Below are positions 24,589 to 33,212 of a stretch of DNA of 64,000 nt, in pieces. The DNA is from Mycobacteriales bacterium (GTDB taxonomy: Bacteria; Actinomycetota; Actinomycetes; Mycobacteriales; Geodermatophilaceae), in NCBI GenBank assembly GCA_038233915.1, contig JBBSVA010000004.1:579-64578 (forward strand), given 5' to 3'. Below the pieces are notes generated by a model. It had not been told where the DNA came from. It worked only from the letters and a program-made list of their open reading frames with translations, and made no database searches. A program made the position numbers and the translations under genes. The first letter of the stretch is position 1. Every line of letters begins with the position of its first letter.

Positions 24589-25215
24589 GTGGCCCGTTAC
24601 ACCGGAGCCGACTGCCGCCTGTGCCGGCGCGAGAAGATGAAGCTGTTCCTCAAGGGCAGCAAGTGCGAGTCCGCGAAGTGCCCGATCGAGATCCGTCCCT
24701 ACCCCCCGGGTGAGCACGGTCGCGGTCGCACCAAGGACAGCGAGTACCTCCTGCAGTTGCGTGAGAAGCAGAAGGCCCGCCGCATCTACGGCGTGCTGGA
24801 GAAGCAGTTCCGCGGCTACTACGAAGAGGCCAACAAGAAGTCGGGCAAGACCGGTGAGGTCCTGCTGCAGATCCTCGAGAGCCGCCTGGACAACGTAGTC
24901 TACCGGGCCGGCTTCGCCAAGTCCCGCGACATGTCGCGCCAGCTGGTGCGCCACGGCCACATCAAGGTCAACGGCCGCAAGGTCGACATCCCGTCCTACC
25001 GGGTGACCGCGAACGACATCATCGAGGTGGCTGCGAAGTCCGTCGAGATGGTCCCGTTCCAGGTGGCCCAGGCCGAGGCCGGCTCCAAGCCCATCCCCGC
25101 GTGGCTCGAGGTCATCAGCAGCCAGCTCAAGGTGCTCGTGCACTCGATCCCGGCCCGGCAGGTCATCGACACGCCGGTCCAGGAGCAGTTGATCGTCGAG
25201 CTCTACTCGAAGTAG
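24589..25215 (+). CDS. rpsD: 30S ribosomal protein S4
   Basis: GTG start. MARYTGADCRLCRREKMKLFLKGSKC...QLREKQKARRIYGVLEKQF, 208 aa. Confidence 0.99.
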   Translation: MARYTGADCRLCRREKMKLFLKGSKCESAKCPIEIRPYPPGEHGRGRTKDSEYLLQLREKQKARRIYGVLEKQFRGYYEEANKKSGKTGEVLLQILESRLDNVVYRAGFAKSRDMSRQLVRHGHIKVNGRKVDIPSYRVTANDIIEVAAKSVEMVPFQVAQAEAGSKPIPAWLEVISSQLKVLVHSIPARQVIDTPVQEQLIVELYSK

Positions 25216-25275
25216 AAGGACCCCCTCGCCCCCCACGCCACGCTCCGCGCGGCGCGGGACCCTGCGAGGGAGCCG
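25216..25275 (+). repeat. Stop-codon-anchored hairpin element, long-core copy 1 (after rpsD)
   Basis: AAGGACC, arm CCCTCGC, 34-nt core CCCCCACGCCACGCTCCGCGCGGCGCGGGACCCT, arm GCGAGGG. Aligns with the copies at 38826, 48840 and 50645. Confidence 0.75.
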
Positions 25276-25380
25276 AACAAGCACAGTTCGACGGCGGGAC
25301 GGGCGGACCGATGTCCGTCCCGCCGGCACTGCCCCCTCATGGCGTCATATGGCGGTCGCCGGAGGACCTGGAGGAGAACC

Positions 25381-26445
25381 ATGCTCATCGCACAGCGCCC
25401 CACCCTGACCGAGGAGACGATCGACGCCTCGCGTTCGCGGTTCGTCATCGAGCCGCTCGAGCCGGGCTTCGGCTACACCCTCGGCAACTCCCTGCGCCGC
25501 ACCCTGCTGTCCTCGATCCCCGGCGCTGCTGTCACCAGCATCCGCATCGAGGGCACGTTGCACGAGTTCACCACCGTGCCGGGGGTGAAGGAGGACGTCA
25601 CCGAGCTCATCCTGAACCTCAAGGGCCTGGTCGTCAGCTCCGACTCCGACGAGCCCGTCACCATGTACCTGCGCAAGCAGGGCCCCGGTGAGGTCACCGC
25701 CGCCGACATCGCGCCCCCGGCCGGTGTCGAGGTGCACAACCCCGAGGTGCACCTCGCAACCCTGAACGCCAAGGGCCGCCTGGAGATCGAGCTGGTCGTC
25801 GAGCGTGGCCGCGGCTACGTCCCGGCCACCCAGAACAAGCAGCCCGGTCAGGAGATCGGTCGCATCCCCGTGGATTCGATCTACTCCCCGGTGCTCAAGG
25901 TGACCTACGCCGTCGAGGCGACGCGCGTCGAGCAGCGCACCGACTTCGACCGCCTCGTGGTCGATGTCGAGACCAAGCCCTCCATGGAGCCCCGCGACGC
26001 CATCGCCTCCGCCGGCTCGACGCTGGTGGAGCTGTTCGGCCTGCTGCGCGAGCTGAACGTCGACGCCGAGGGAATCGAGGTCGGGCCCAGCCCGGCCGAG
26101 GCCGCCGACATCGCGAACTTCTCGATGCCGATCGAGGACATGGACCTCACCGTCCGGTCCTACAACTGCCTCAAGCGCGAGGGTGTGCACACCGTCGGTG
26201 AGCTCGTCACCCGCTCCGAGGCCGACCTGCTCGACATCCGCAACTTCGGTGCGAAGTCGATCGACGAGGTCAAGCTGAAGCTGGCTGCCATGGGTCTCGC
26301 GCTCAAGGACAGCCCGCCCGGGTTCGTCCCCACCTCGGTGGAGAGCTACGACGAGACCTACGACGAGAGCTACCCGGGCGAGGCGCAGTACGCCGACGGC
26401 CAGGAGTACACCGAGGGCGACTTCCGGGAGACCGAGCAGCTCTGA
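25381..26445 (+). CDS. rpoA: DNA-directed RNA polymerase subunit alpha
   Basis: ATG 25381 after GGAGGAGAA, inside ORF 25339..26445. [12 protein letters not shown]...[29 protein letters not shown] matches RpoA. Confidence 0.98.
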   Translation: MLIAQRPTLTEETIDASRSRFVIEPLEPGFGYTLGNSLRRTLLSSIPGAAVTSIRIEGTLHEFTTVPGVKEDVTELILNLKGLVVSSDSDEPVTMYLRKQGPGEVTAADIAPPAGVEVHNPEVHLATLNAKGRLEIELVVERGRGYVPATQNKQPGQEIGRIPVDSIYSPVLKVTYAVEATRVEQRTDFDRLVVDVETKPSMEPRDAIASAGSTLVELFGLLRELNVDAEGIEVGPSPAEAADIANFSMPIEDMDLTVRSYNCLKREGVHTVGELVTRSEADLLDIRNFGAKSIDEVKLKLAAMGLALKDSPPGFVPTSVESYDETYDESYPGEAQYADGQEYTEGDFRETEQL

Positions 26446-26586
26446 TCGACGGATCCCGTTGCCGGGCGCCCCACGGCGTCCGGCAGCGGTGTCCCGCCGG
26501 GAACGGTCCCACCGGGCCCGGAGTTCCACCCATCAGATGATCGCGCGGCCTGCTCCGAGTCTCGGGCGGCCTGAGGAAGGACCGAC

Positions 26587-27312
26587 ATGCCTACTCCCAC
26601 CAAGGGCCCCCGCCTCGGCGGTTCGCCGTCGCACGAGCGGCTGATGCTGGCGAACCTCGCCACCTCGCTGTTCGAGCACGGCCGGATCACCACCACCGAG
26701 ACCAAGGCCAAGCGGCTCCGCCCGCTGGCCGAGAAACTCGTGACGCTGGCCAAGAAGGGCGACCTGCACGCCCGTCGGCAGGTCATGACCACCGTCCGCG
26801 ACAAGAACGTGGTCCACCACCTGTTCGCCGAGATCGGTCCTCGCTTCGAGAACCGCCCCGGCGGCTACACCCGGATCACCAAGATCGGCCCCCGCAAGGG
26901 CGACAACGCCCCGATGGCCGTCATCGAGCTCGTCGAGGCCCTGACGGTGGCCCAGCAGGCCGTCGGCGAGGCCGAGCGCTCGCGTGGCACCCGCTTCGCC
27001 TCCGGTGCGGGCTCCGCCTCCGCCGCCGGCGAGGTCCCCGTCGACACGACCGCCGTGGCGGACGAGGCCAGCGACCAGGCCGACGCCGAGGCCACCGTGA
27101 CCGACGTCTTCTCCCCTGCCGACGAGGTCCAGGACGAGAGCACCACCGAGGAGCAGCCCACCGCCGAGAACGGCGTCGTGGTCGAGGCCGACGGTGTCTC
27201 CCCCGAGGTCGCCGATGCGGCTGCCGCCGAGGTCAACGCCGCTGAGGTCAGCGACGGTGCCACGGCCGGCGACGCCGCCCCCGGCGGGGAGTCCCAGCCC
27301 GACCCGCGATGA
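26587..27312 (+). CDS. rplQ: 50S ribosomal protein L17 with a C-terminal acidic tail of about 115 aa
   Basis: [46 protein letters not shown]... matches L17. 241 aa. Confidence 0.97.
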   Translation: MPTPTKGPRLGGSPSHERLMLANLATSLFEHGRITTTETKAKRLRPLAEKLVTLAKKGDLHARRQVMTTVRDKNVVHHLFAEIGPRFENRPGGYTRITKIGPRKGDNAPMAVIELVEALTVAQQAVGEAERSRGTRFASGAGSASAAGEVPVDTTAVADEASDQADAEATVTDVFSPADEVQDESTTEEQPTAENGVVVEADGVSPEVADAAAAEVNAAEVSDGATAGDAAPGGESQPDPR

Positions 27313-28186
27313 CACCGACGAACGCGACTCACCGCTGAACCAGAGCACGACGGACGAGCCCGCCACCGACACCGGTGGCGGGCTCGTCCGCGTCCGGCTC
27401 GGGGTCTCCTACGACGGGACGACCCTGCACGGCTGGGCAAGGCAGCCCGATCAGCGCACCGTGCAGGGCGAGCTCGAGCAGGCACTGGCCACGGTGCTGC
27501 GCCACGACGTCGGTCTGACCGTCGCCGGCCGCACCGACGCGGGCGTGCACGCGACCGGCCAGGTGGCCCACCTGGACCTGCCCGCCGCGGTCTGGGAGCA
27601 GCACCGGCCCATGCTGTTACGGCGCCTGCGCGGGGTGCTGAACGGCGACATCGCCGTCACCTCCGCCGAGGCCGTCGACCCGGACTTCGACGCTCGCTTC
27701 GCGGCCCTGGGCCGGCACTACGTCTACCGGCTGACCGACGTGGTCTCTGGCCCCCCGCCGTTGCGGCGAGCGGACACCGTGGGCTGGCCCAGGAGCCTCG
27801 ACGTGCCGGCCATGCGGGTGGCCGCCGCCCTGCTGCTCGGCCAGCACGACTTTGCGGCGTTCTGCCGACGGCGGGAGGGTGCCACCACCATCCGGGTGCT
27901 CACCGACCTCGACGTCGTCCGAGACGCCGACCTGGTCACGGTGTCGGCGTCGGCGGACGCGTTCTGCCACTCGATGGTGCGCAGCCTCGTCGGGGGACTA
28001 CTCGCCGTGGGGGAGGGCCGACGGGCGCCGGACTGGCCCGCGTCCCTGCTGACCCGCACCCGCCGCGCCGACGACGTCCCGGTGGCACCCGCGGGCGGGC
28101 TGACCCTGGTGCGGGTGGACTACCCGGCCGACGGCGACCTCGCCGCCCGGACCCGGGTGACCCGGGCCCGGCGCGACGAGGACTGA
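27215..28186 (+). CDS. truA: tRNA pseudouridine(38-40) synthase TruA (start uncertain)
   Basis: [21 protein letters not shown]...[21 protein letters not shown] matches TruA. The only in-frame starts are GTG 27194, ATG 27215 and GTG 27257, all inside rplQ. Confidence 0.85.
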   Translation: MRLPPRSTPLRSATVPRPATPPPAGSPSPTRDDTDERDSPLNQSTTDEPATDTGGGLVRVRLGVSYDGTTLHGWARQPDQRTVQGELEQALATVLRHDVGLTVAGRTDAGVHATGQVAHLDLPAAVWEQHRPMLLRRLRGVLNGDIAVTSAEAVDPDFDARFAALGRHYVYRLTDVVSGPPPLRRADTVGWPRSLDVPAMRVAAALLLGQHDFAAFCRRREGATTIRVLTDLDVVRDADLVTVSASADAFCHSMVRSLVGGLLAVGEGRRAPDWPASLLTRTRRADDVPVAPAGGLTLVRVDYPADGDLAARTRVTRARRDED

Positions 28187-28190
28187 CAGC

Positions 28191-28856
28191 TCAGAGCACC
28201 GCGGCGACGGCGTCGACCACCGGCACGTCGCCCCCGCGCAGCTCGATCACCGCCCCGGTCTTCGGGTCGTCCAGCAGGGCCACCAGCACGGCGGCGACGT
28301 CGTCCCGGGTGACCTCGCCCCCGTCGAGGTGCCGGGCCAGCTCGACCTGCCCGGTGCCGGCGTCGTCGGTGAGCGTGACCGGCCGCAGCACGGTGACGTC
28401 CAGCCCGGGCCGGGGCAGGACCGCCTTTTCGGCGGCCAGCTTGGCGCGCAGGTAGGCGACGAAGGCCTCGTCCACGCCGTCGGGGGTGGCCCCGTCGGCG
28501 ACGGTGTCCACGCCGATCGAGGAGACGAGCAGGTAGGGGCGGACGCCGGCCGCCTCGGCGGCGTCGGCGAGCAGGACGGCCGCACCGCGGTCGACGGCGT
28601 CCTTGCGGGCGGGCCCGCTCGAGGGCCCACCACCGGCGGCGAAGACGACGCCGTCGGCGCCGCGGACGACGGCGGTCACGTCCTCCACGGAGGCGGACTC
28701 GAGGTCGAGCACGACGGGCTCGGCGCCGTCGTCGTTCAGGTCCTGGGTGTGGTCGGGGTTGCGGACGATGCCGACGACCTGGTCTCCGCGGGCGGTGAGC
28801 AGGCGGGTGGTCCGGCGGGCGATCTGTCCGTGGGCTCCGGCGATGACGATGCGCAT
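28191..28856 (-). CDS. NAD(P)H-binding SDR/NmrA-like oxidoreductase
   Basis: MRIVIAGAHGQIARRTTRLLTARGDQVVGIVRNP... carries a Rossmann GxxGxxA motif. 221 aa, convergent with truA. Confidence 0.75.
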   Translation of the reverse strand: MRIVIAGAHGQIARRTTRLLTARGDQVVGIVRNPDHTQDLNDDGAEPVVLDLESASVEDVTAVVRGADGVVFAAGGGPSSGPARKDAVDRGAAVLLADAAEAAGVRPYLLVSSIGVDTVADGATPDGVDEAFVAYLRAKLAAEKAVLPRPGLDVTVLRPVTLTDDAGTGQVELARHLDGGEVTRDDVAAVLVALLDDPKTGAVIELRGGDVPVVDAVAAVL

Positions 28857-28890
28857 GTCCCGGGCCCTACCCGGTGAACGACGCCGGCAC

Positions 28891-29478
28891 TCAGGAGGCG
28901 GGCGGGCTCACCCGCCGGGCCCGCTCGAGCTCGGCGGGGGTGTCGCAGTCGGTCCACGGCACCGGGGCACCCGGGACGACCTCAGGGCGGTACCGGCGGA
29001 CGGCCAGCGGCGCGAGGATCGCGCGGACCGAGGTGGGTCCCCGGAGGTCGGCGACCGCTGCCCGCAGCGCAGCCGTTCGCCACACCCCGAGCAGGTGCTG
29101 GTCGCGGCCGGTCGGGTCGACCACGACCACGCCGTCGCCGGTGAGCCGGTTCCGCAGGCCGGTCACCAGGGCCGCGGTGAGGAACGGCAGGTCGGCGGCC
29201 AGGACCGCCACGACGTCGGTGGTCACCGCGCCCAGCCCGGCCCGCAGCGCGGGGACCGGGCCGCCGCCGGGGGGTTGCTCCCGCAGGACGATGACCCCGT
29301 CCGGGACGGGTTGCGGGGGACCGACGACGATGCGCAGGTCGGCGTCGGCCACCGCCGCGAGCACCGTGGCGAGCATGGTGCGGCCGCCGACCTCCAGTTG
29401 GGGCTTCGCCCGGCCGCCCAGGCGCGCGGCCCGGCCCCCGGCCAGCACGACGGCGGAGTACGCCGGCAATCCGCTCAC
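28891..29478 (-). CDS. mobA: Molybdenum cofactor guanylyltransferase
   Basis: SAVVLAGGRAARLGGRAKPQLEVGGRTML... matches the MobA-type nucleotidyltransferase N-terminus. Lies in a Moco gene neighbourhood. Confidence 0.8.
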   Translation of the reverse strand: MSGLPAYSAVVLAGGRAARLGGRAKPQLEVGGRTMLATVLAAVADADLRIVVGPPQPVPDGVIVLREQPPGGGPVPALRAGLGAVTTDVVAVLAADLPFLTAALVTGLRNRLTGDGVVVVDPTGRDQHLLGVWRTAALRAAVADLRGPTSVRAILAPLAVRRYRPEVVPGAPVPWTDCDTPAELERARRVSPPAS

Positions 29479-29520
29479 GTGGTGGACGGTAGGTGGCTAC
29501 CGGTGGGTACCGTCGTCACC

Positions 29521-30351
29521 GTGGGACGAGTCACCAACCGGACGCCGGTGCTGCGCATCCGCGGCGCGCAGCACAGCACCCGCCCGGACACCGTGGCCAG
29601 CGAGGAACCGCTGGAGATCCGGCTGGACGGGACTCCGCTGGCGGTCACCATGCGTACCCCGGGCGACGACTTCGACCTGGTGCACGGCTTCCTGGCCACC
29701 GAAGGCGTGATCCGGTCCGCGGACGACGTCCTGTCACTGCGGTACTGCGACTCCTTCGACGACAGCGGCCGCAACACCTACAACGTGGTCGACGTGGCCC
29801 TGGCCCCCGGTGTCGAGGCGCCGGACACCGCACTGGACCGGAACTTCTACACGACCAGCTCGTGCGGGGTCTGCGGCAAAGCCAGCATCGACGCGATCCG
29901 CACCAGGACCGTCTTCGACGTCCCCGCCGACGAGACCCGGCTGACCCTGGCGACCCTGCTGGCGCTGCCGGACCGGTTGCGGGCCGCGCAGGCCGTCTTC
30001 GACCGGACCGGCGGCCTGCACGCCGCCGGGCTCTTCACCGCCGAGGGCGAGCTGGTGGCCCTGCGGGAGGACGTGGGCCGGCACAACGCCGTCGACAAGG
30101 TGGTCGGGGACGCTGTGCGGGCCGGCCGGCTGCCGCTGGCCGGGCACGTGCTGATGGTCAGCGGGCGCTCCAGCTTCGAGCTGACCCAGAAGGCCGCGAT
30201 GGCCGGCGTCCCGGTGCTGGCCGCGGTCTCGGCGCCCAGCTCGTTGGCCGTCGAGCTCGCCGAGTCCACCGGCATCACCCTGATCGGTTTCCTCCGCGGC
30301 GACGGCTGCAACGTCTACAGCCACACCCGCAGGCTCGTCCTCCCCGACTGA
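29521..30351 (+). CDS. fdhD: Formate dehydrogenase accessory sulfurtransferase FdhD
   Basis: VGRVTNRTPVLRI...FYTTSSCGVCGKASID...REDVGRHNAVDKVVG matches FdhD. GTG 29521 is preferred; alternatives are 29479, 29482 and 29503. Confidence 0.85.
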   Translation: MGRVTNRTPVLRIRGAQHSTRPDTVASEEPLEIRLDGTPLAVTMRTPGDDFDLVHGFLATEGVIRSADDVLSLRYCDSFDDSGRNTYNVVDVALAPGVEAPDTALDRNFYTTSSCGVCGKASIDAIRTRTVFDVPADETRLTLATLLALPDRLRAAQAVFDRTGGLHAAGLFTAEGELVALREDVGRHNAVDKVVGDAVRAGRLPLAGHVLMVSGRSSFELTQKAAMAGVPVLAAVSAPSSLAVELAESTGITLIGFLRGDGCNVYSHTRRLVLPD

Positions 30352-30469
30352 CCTGCCCGGCCCTTGCCGAGATGGCTGTCCCGCCGGCTACGTACCTGCC
30401 GAAAGGCCGGCCAGCAGGAGTGGCTCAGCGCAGCCGCACCGGGCCCCTGGCCGCGCTGGGAGCGCGAGA

Positions 30470-30961
30470 TCAGACATGGTCCCCACCCCGCAACTGACTG
30501 ACCACGTGCGGCAGCAACGGGCCCAGCACGGCCAGCCCGTCGCGCACCCCGCCGGTGGAGCCCGGCAGGTTGACGATCAGCGTCCGGCCCGCGGTGCCGG
30601 CGAGGCCCCGGGAGAGCACCGCGGTGGGCACGGCGGGCTGGCCGTACCGGCGGACGGCGTCGGCGATGCCCGGGGCGTCACGCTCCAGCACCAGCCGTGT
30701 CGCCTCGGGGGTGACGTCGGTCGGGGTCAGCCCGGTGCCGCCGGTGGTCAGCACCAGGTCGGCACCCGAGGAGACGGCCGCGCGCAACACCTCGGCGAGC
30801 TGCTCGACGTCGTCCGGGCGGACGTGCGGGCCCTCGACCTCGAAGCCCAGCTCGCGCAGGCCGTCGGCCAGCGCCTGGCCGGAGCGGTCCTCGTACACCC
30901 CGGCCGCGGCCCGGTTCGAGGCGGTGACGACGACGGCGCGAGCGCCGGCGGGCACCGTCAT
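30470..30961 (-). CDS. moaB: MogA/MoaB family molybdenum cofactor biosynthesis protein
   Basis: ...VVTASNRAAAGVYEDRSG...LVLTTGGTGLTPTDVTPEAT...LPGSTGGVRD matches the MoaB/Mog family. ATGA overlap with moaC. Confidence 0.88.
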   Translation of the reverse strand: MTVPAGARAVVVTASNRAAAGVYEDRSGQALADGLRELGFEVEGPHVRPDDVEQLAEVLRAAVSSGADLVLTTGGTGLTPTDVTPEATRLVLERDAPGIADAVRRYGQPAVPTAVLSRGLAGTAGRTLIVNLPGSTGGVRDGLAVLGPLLPHVVSQLRGGDHV

Positions 30962-31443
30962 CGGGTCCAGTCACCCTTCTTGCCACCGGACTTGGCGAGC
31001 AGCCGGACGTCGCTGATGACCGCACGCGGGTCGACGGCCTTGACCATGTCGATGACGGTCAGCCCGGCGACGGCGACCGAGGTCAGCGCCTCCATCTCCA
31101 CCCCGGTGCGGTCGGCGGTGCGCGCGGTCGCGACGATCTCCACGGCCTCGTCGGTGACCTCGAGCTCGACTGTCACGCCGTGCAGGGCGATCGGGTGGCA
31201 GAGCGGGATGAGGTCCGGCGTCCGCTTGGCCCCGGCGATGCCGGCGATCCGGGCGACGGCGATCGCGTCGCCCTTGGGCACGCCCTCCCCGCGCAGCAGC
31301 GCGACGACCTCCGGGCTGATCAGCACCCGGCCGGCCGCCGTCGCCACCCGGGCCGTGACGGCCTTGGCGGTGACGTCGACCATCCGGGCGGCGCCCTTCT
31401 CGTCCACGTGCGTCAGGCGGGGTCCGGCGGGGGTCTGGCTCAC
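30958..31443 (-). CDS. moaC: Cyclic pyranopterin monophosphate synthase MoaC
   Basis: LTHVDEKGAARMVDVTAK...RTPDLIPLCHPIAL...TGVEMEALTSVAVAGLTVIDMVKAVD matches MoaC. The GTG start overlaps the moeA stop. Confidence 0.93.
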   Translation of the reverse strand: MSQTPAGPRLTHVDEKGAARMVDVTAKAVTARVATAAGRVLISPEVVALLRGEGVPKGDAIAVARIAGIAGAKRTPDLIPLCHPIALHGVTVELEVTDEAVEIVATARTADRTGVEMEALTSVAVAGLTVIDMVKAVDPRAVISDVRLLAKSGGKKGDWTR

Positions 31444-32693
31444 TGCAGGGCTCCTTCGATGAGGATGACGCCGACCGGGGCGCCCGCGGGCAGCTCGGTA
31501 ACGTCCTCGGGGACGACGACGAGGCAGTTCGCCCGCGCCAGGTGGGCCACCAGGTGCGAGCCGGGCCCGCCGACCTGGGACACCTCACCGGCGTCGAACC
31601 AGCCGCGCAGGTACTGCCGGCGCGCGGCGGGGGAGACCAACGGCCCGGACAGCCGCGCCGTCGTCGCCAGCCGGTCGGGGTGGGTGAGGCCCATCGCGCG
31701 GCGCAGCGCGGGCCGGACGAACACCTCGAAGGACACGAACGAGCTCACCGGGTTGCCCGGCAGGGTGACTACCGGGACGCCGTCCACGGTGCCGCAGCCC
31801 TGCGGTCCACCAGGCTGCATGGCGACCTTCACGAACTCGACGGTGCCCAGCGCCCCGAAGGCGTCCTTGACCACCTCGTAGGCGCCCATGCTCACGCCGC
31901 CGCTGGTGATCAGCAGGTCCGCGGTGGCCAGCTCGGACCGGACCGTGGCGAGGAACTGGTCGACGTCGTCGGGCACGAAGTGCAGCGTGCGGGCCTCACC
32001 TCCCGCGGCCTCCACGGCGGTGGCCAACAGCAGCGAGTTGGACTCGTAGATCTGCCCCGGCGCCAGCGGCTGCCCGGGCGCGACGAGCTCGGTGCCGGTG
32101 GAGAGCACCAGCACCCGCGGCCGGCGCCGGACGACGACGGTCGAGCGACCGACCGAGGCGGCCAGCCCCAGCTGCGAGGACCCCAGGACCACCCCGGCGG
32201 ACAGCGCGACCTCGCCCTGGGTGATGTCCTCCCCGGCGTGCCGCACGTGGGTCCCGGCCATGGGGGAGGAGGTGATGGTGACGGTGTCGGTGGCGCCGTC
32301 GGTGCGCTCCACCGGGACGATGACGTCCGCCCCCGCGGGCAGCGGCGCGCCGGTCATGATCCGGTGCACCGTGCCCGGCTCCAGCGCAGGGACGTCGGTG
32401 CGCCCGGCGGGCAGGTCCGCGGCCACCGGCAGCCGCACCGGCGCCTGCCCGCTCGCGGCGCCGACGTCGTCCCAGCGCGCGGCGTAGCCGTCCATCGCGG
32501 AGTTGGTGAAGACGGGCAGGCCGACGGCGGCGGTCACGTCCTCGGCCAGCACCCGGCCGGCGGCCTCGGCCAGCGGCACCTCCTCGGTGCCGGGCTGCCG
32601 GAGCAGCGCGGCGACGACCTGCTGGTGTTCCTCGACCGTGCGCACGGTGTCATCCTCACCCGCGGGCCCCCGTCGCGTCCGATCGGCCGCCAT
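31440..32693 (-). CDS. moeA: Molybdopterin molybdenumtransferase MoeA
   Basis: ATG 32693 inside ORF 31440..33320. ...VFTNSAMDGYA...ITSGGVSMGAYEVVKDAF...LPGNPVSSFVSFEVFVRP matches MoeA. Alternative start GTG 32645. Confidence 0.9.
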   Translation of the reverse strand: MAADRTRRGPAGEDDTVRTVEEHQQVVAALLRQPGTEEVPLAEAAGRVLAEDVTAAVGLPVFTNSAMDGYAARWDDVGAASGQAPVRLPVAADLPAGRTDVPALEPGTVHRIMTGAPLPAGADVIVPVERTDGATDTVTITSSPMAGTHVRHAGEDITQGEVALSAGVVLGSSQLGLAASVGRSTVVVRRRPRVLVLSTGTELVAPGQPLAPGQIYESNSLLLATAVEAAGGEARTLHFVPDDVDQFLATVRSELATADLLITSGGVSMGAYEVVKDAFGALGTVEFVKVAMQPGGPQGCGTVDGVPVVTLPGNPVSSFVSFEVFVRPALRRAMGLTHPDRLATTARLSGPLVSPAARRQYLRGWFDAGEVSQVGGPGSHLVAHLARANCLVVVPEDVTELPAGAPVGVILIEGALQ

Positions 32694-32726
32694 GACGAGA
32701 CGGCGACAGGTCGATAGATTGGCCGG

Positions 32727-33212
32727 GTGACCGAGACCGACCGCATCCTGCAGGCCAACGCCGACTGGGTGGCCCGGTTCCCCGGGTCCAAGCCGGTACA
32801 ACCCGCCCGCCACGTCGCCGTGGTCGCCTGCATGGACTCCCGGATGCCGCTGTTCCCGCTGCTGGGCCTGGAGGTCGGGGACGCCCACGTCATCCGCAAC
32901 GCCGGCGGCGTGATCACCGACGACACCCTGCGGTCGCTGACCATCTCCCAGCACCTGCTGGGCACCCGGGAGACGGTGCTGGTGCACCACACCGACTGCG
33001 GGCTGCAGAAGACCGACGACCAGGGGCTGGCCGACCTGGTCGAGGCGGCCACCGGGCACCGCCCGCCGTGGCCGGCCCGCACCTTCGTCGACGTCGACGA
33101 CGATGTGCGGCAGTCCCTCCGGCTGCTGCGCGAGACTCCCTACCTGCTCTCCCACGACGTCCGCGGCACGGTCTACGACGTGACGACCGGCGAGCTGCGC
33201 GAGGTCCGGTGA
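32727..33212 (+). CDS. Beta-class carbonic anhydrase
   Basis: VAVVACMDSRMP...DAHVIRNAGG...VLVHHTDCG carries the beta-CA zinc ligand pattern (C, H, C). 161 aa, GTG start. Confidence 0.88.
   Translation: MTETDRILQANADWVARFPGSKPVQPARHVAVVACMDSRMPLFPLLGLEVGDAHVIRNAGGVITDDTLRSLTISQHLLGTRETVLVHHTDCGLQKTDDQGLADLVEAATGHRPPWPARTFVDVDDDVRQSLRLLRETPYLLSHDVRGTVYDVTTGELREVR

Noticed and set aside
27309-27311. ATG at the rplQ stop as a truA start
   Set aside because: It is out of frame with the conserved TruA reading frame (offset of 1 nt).
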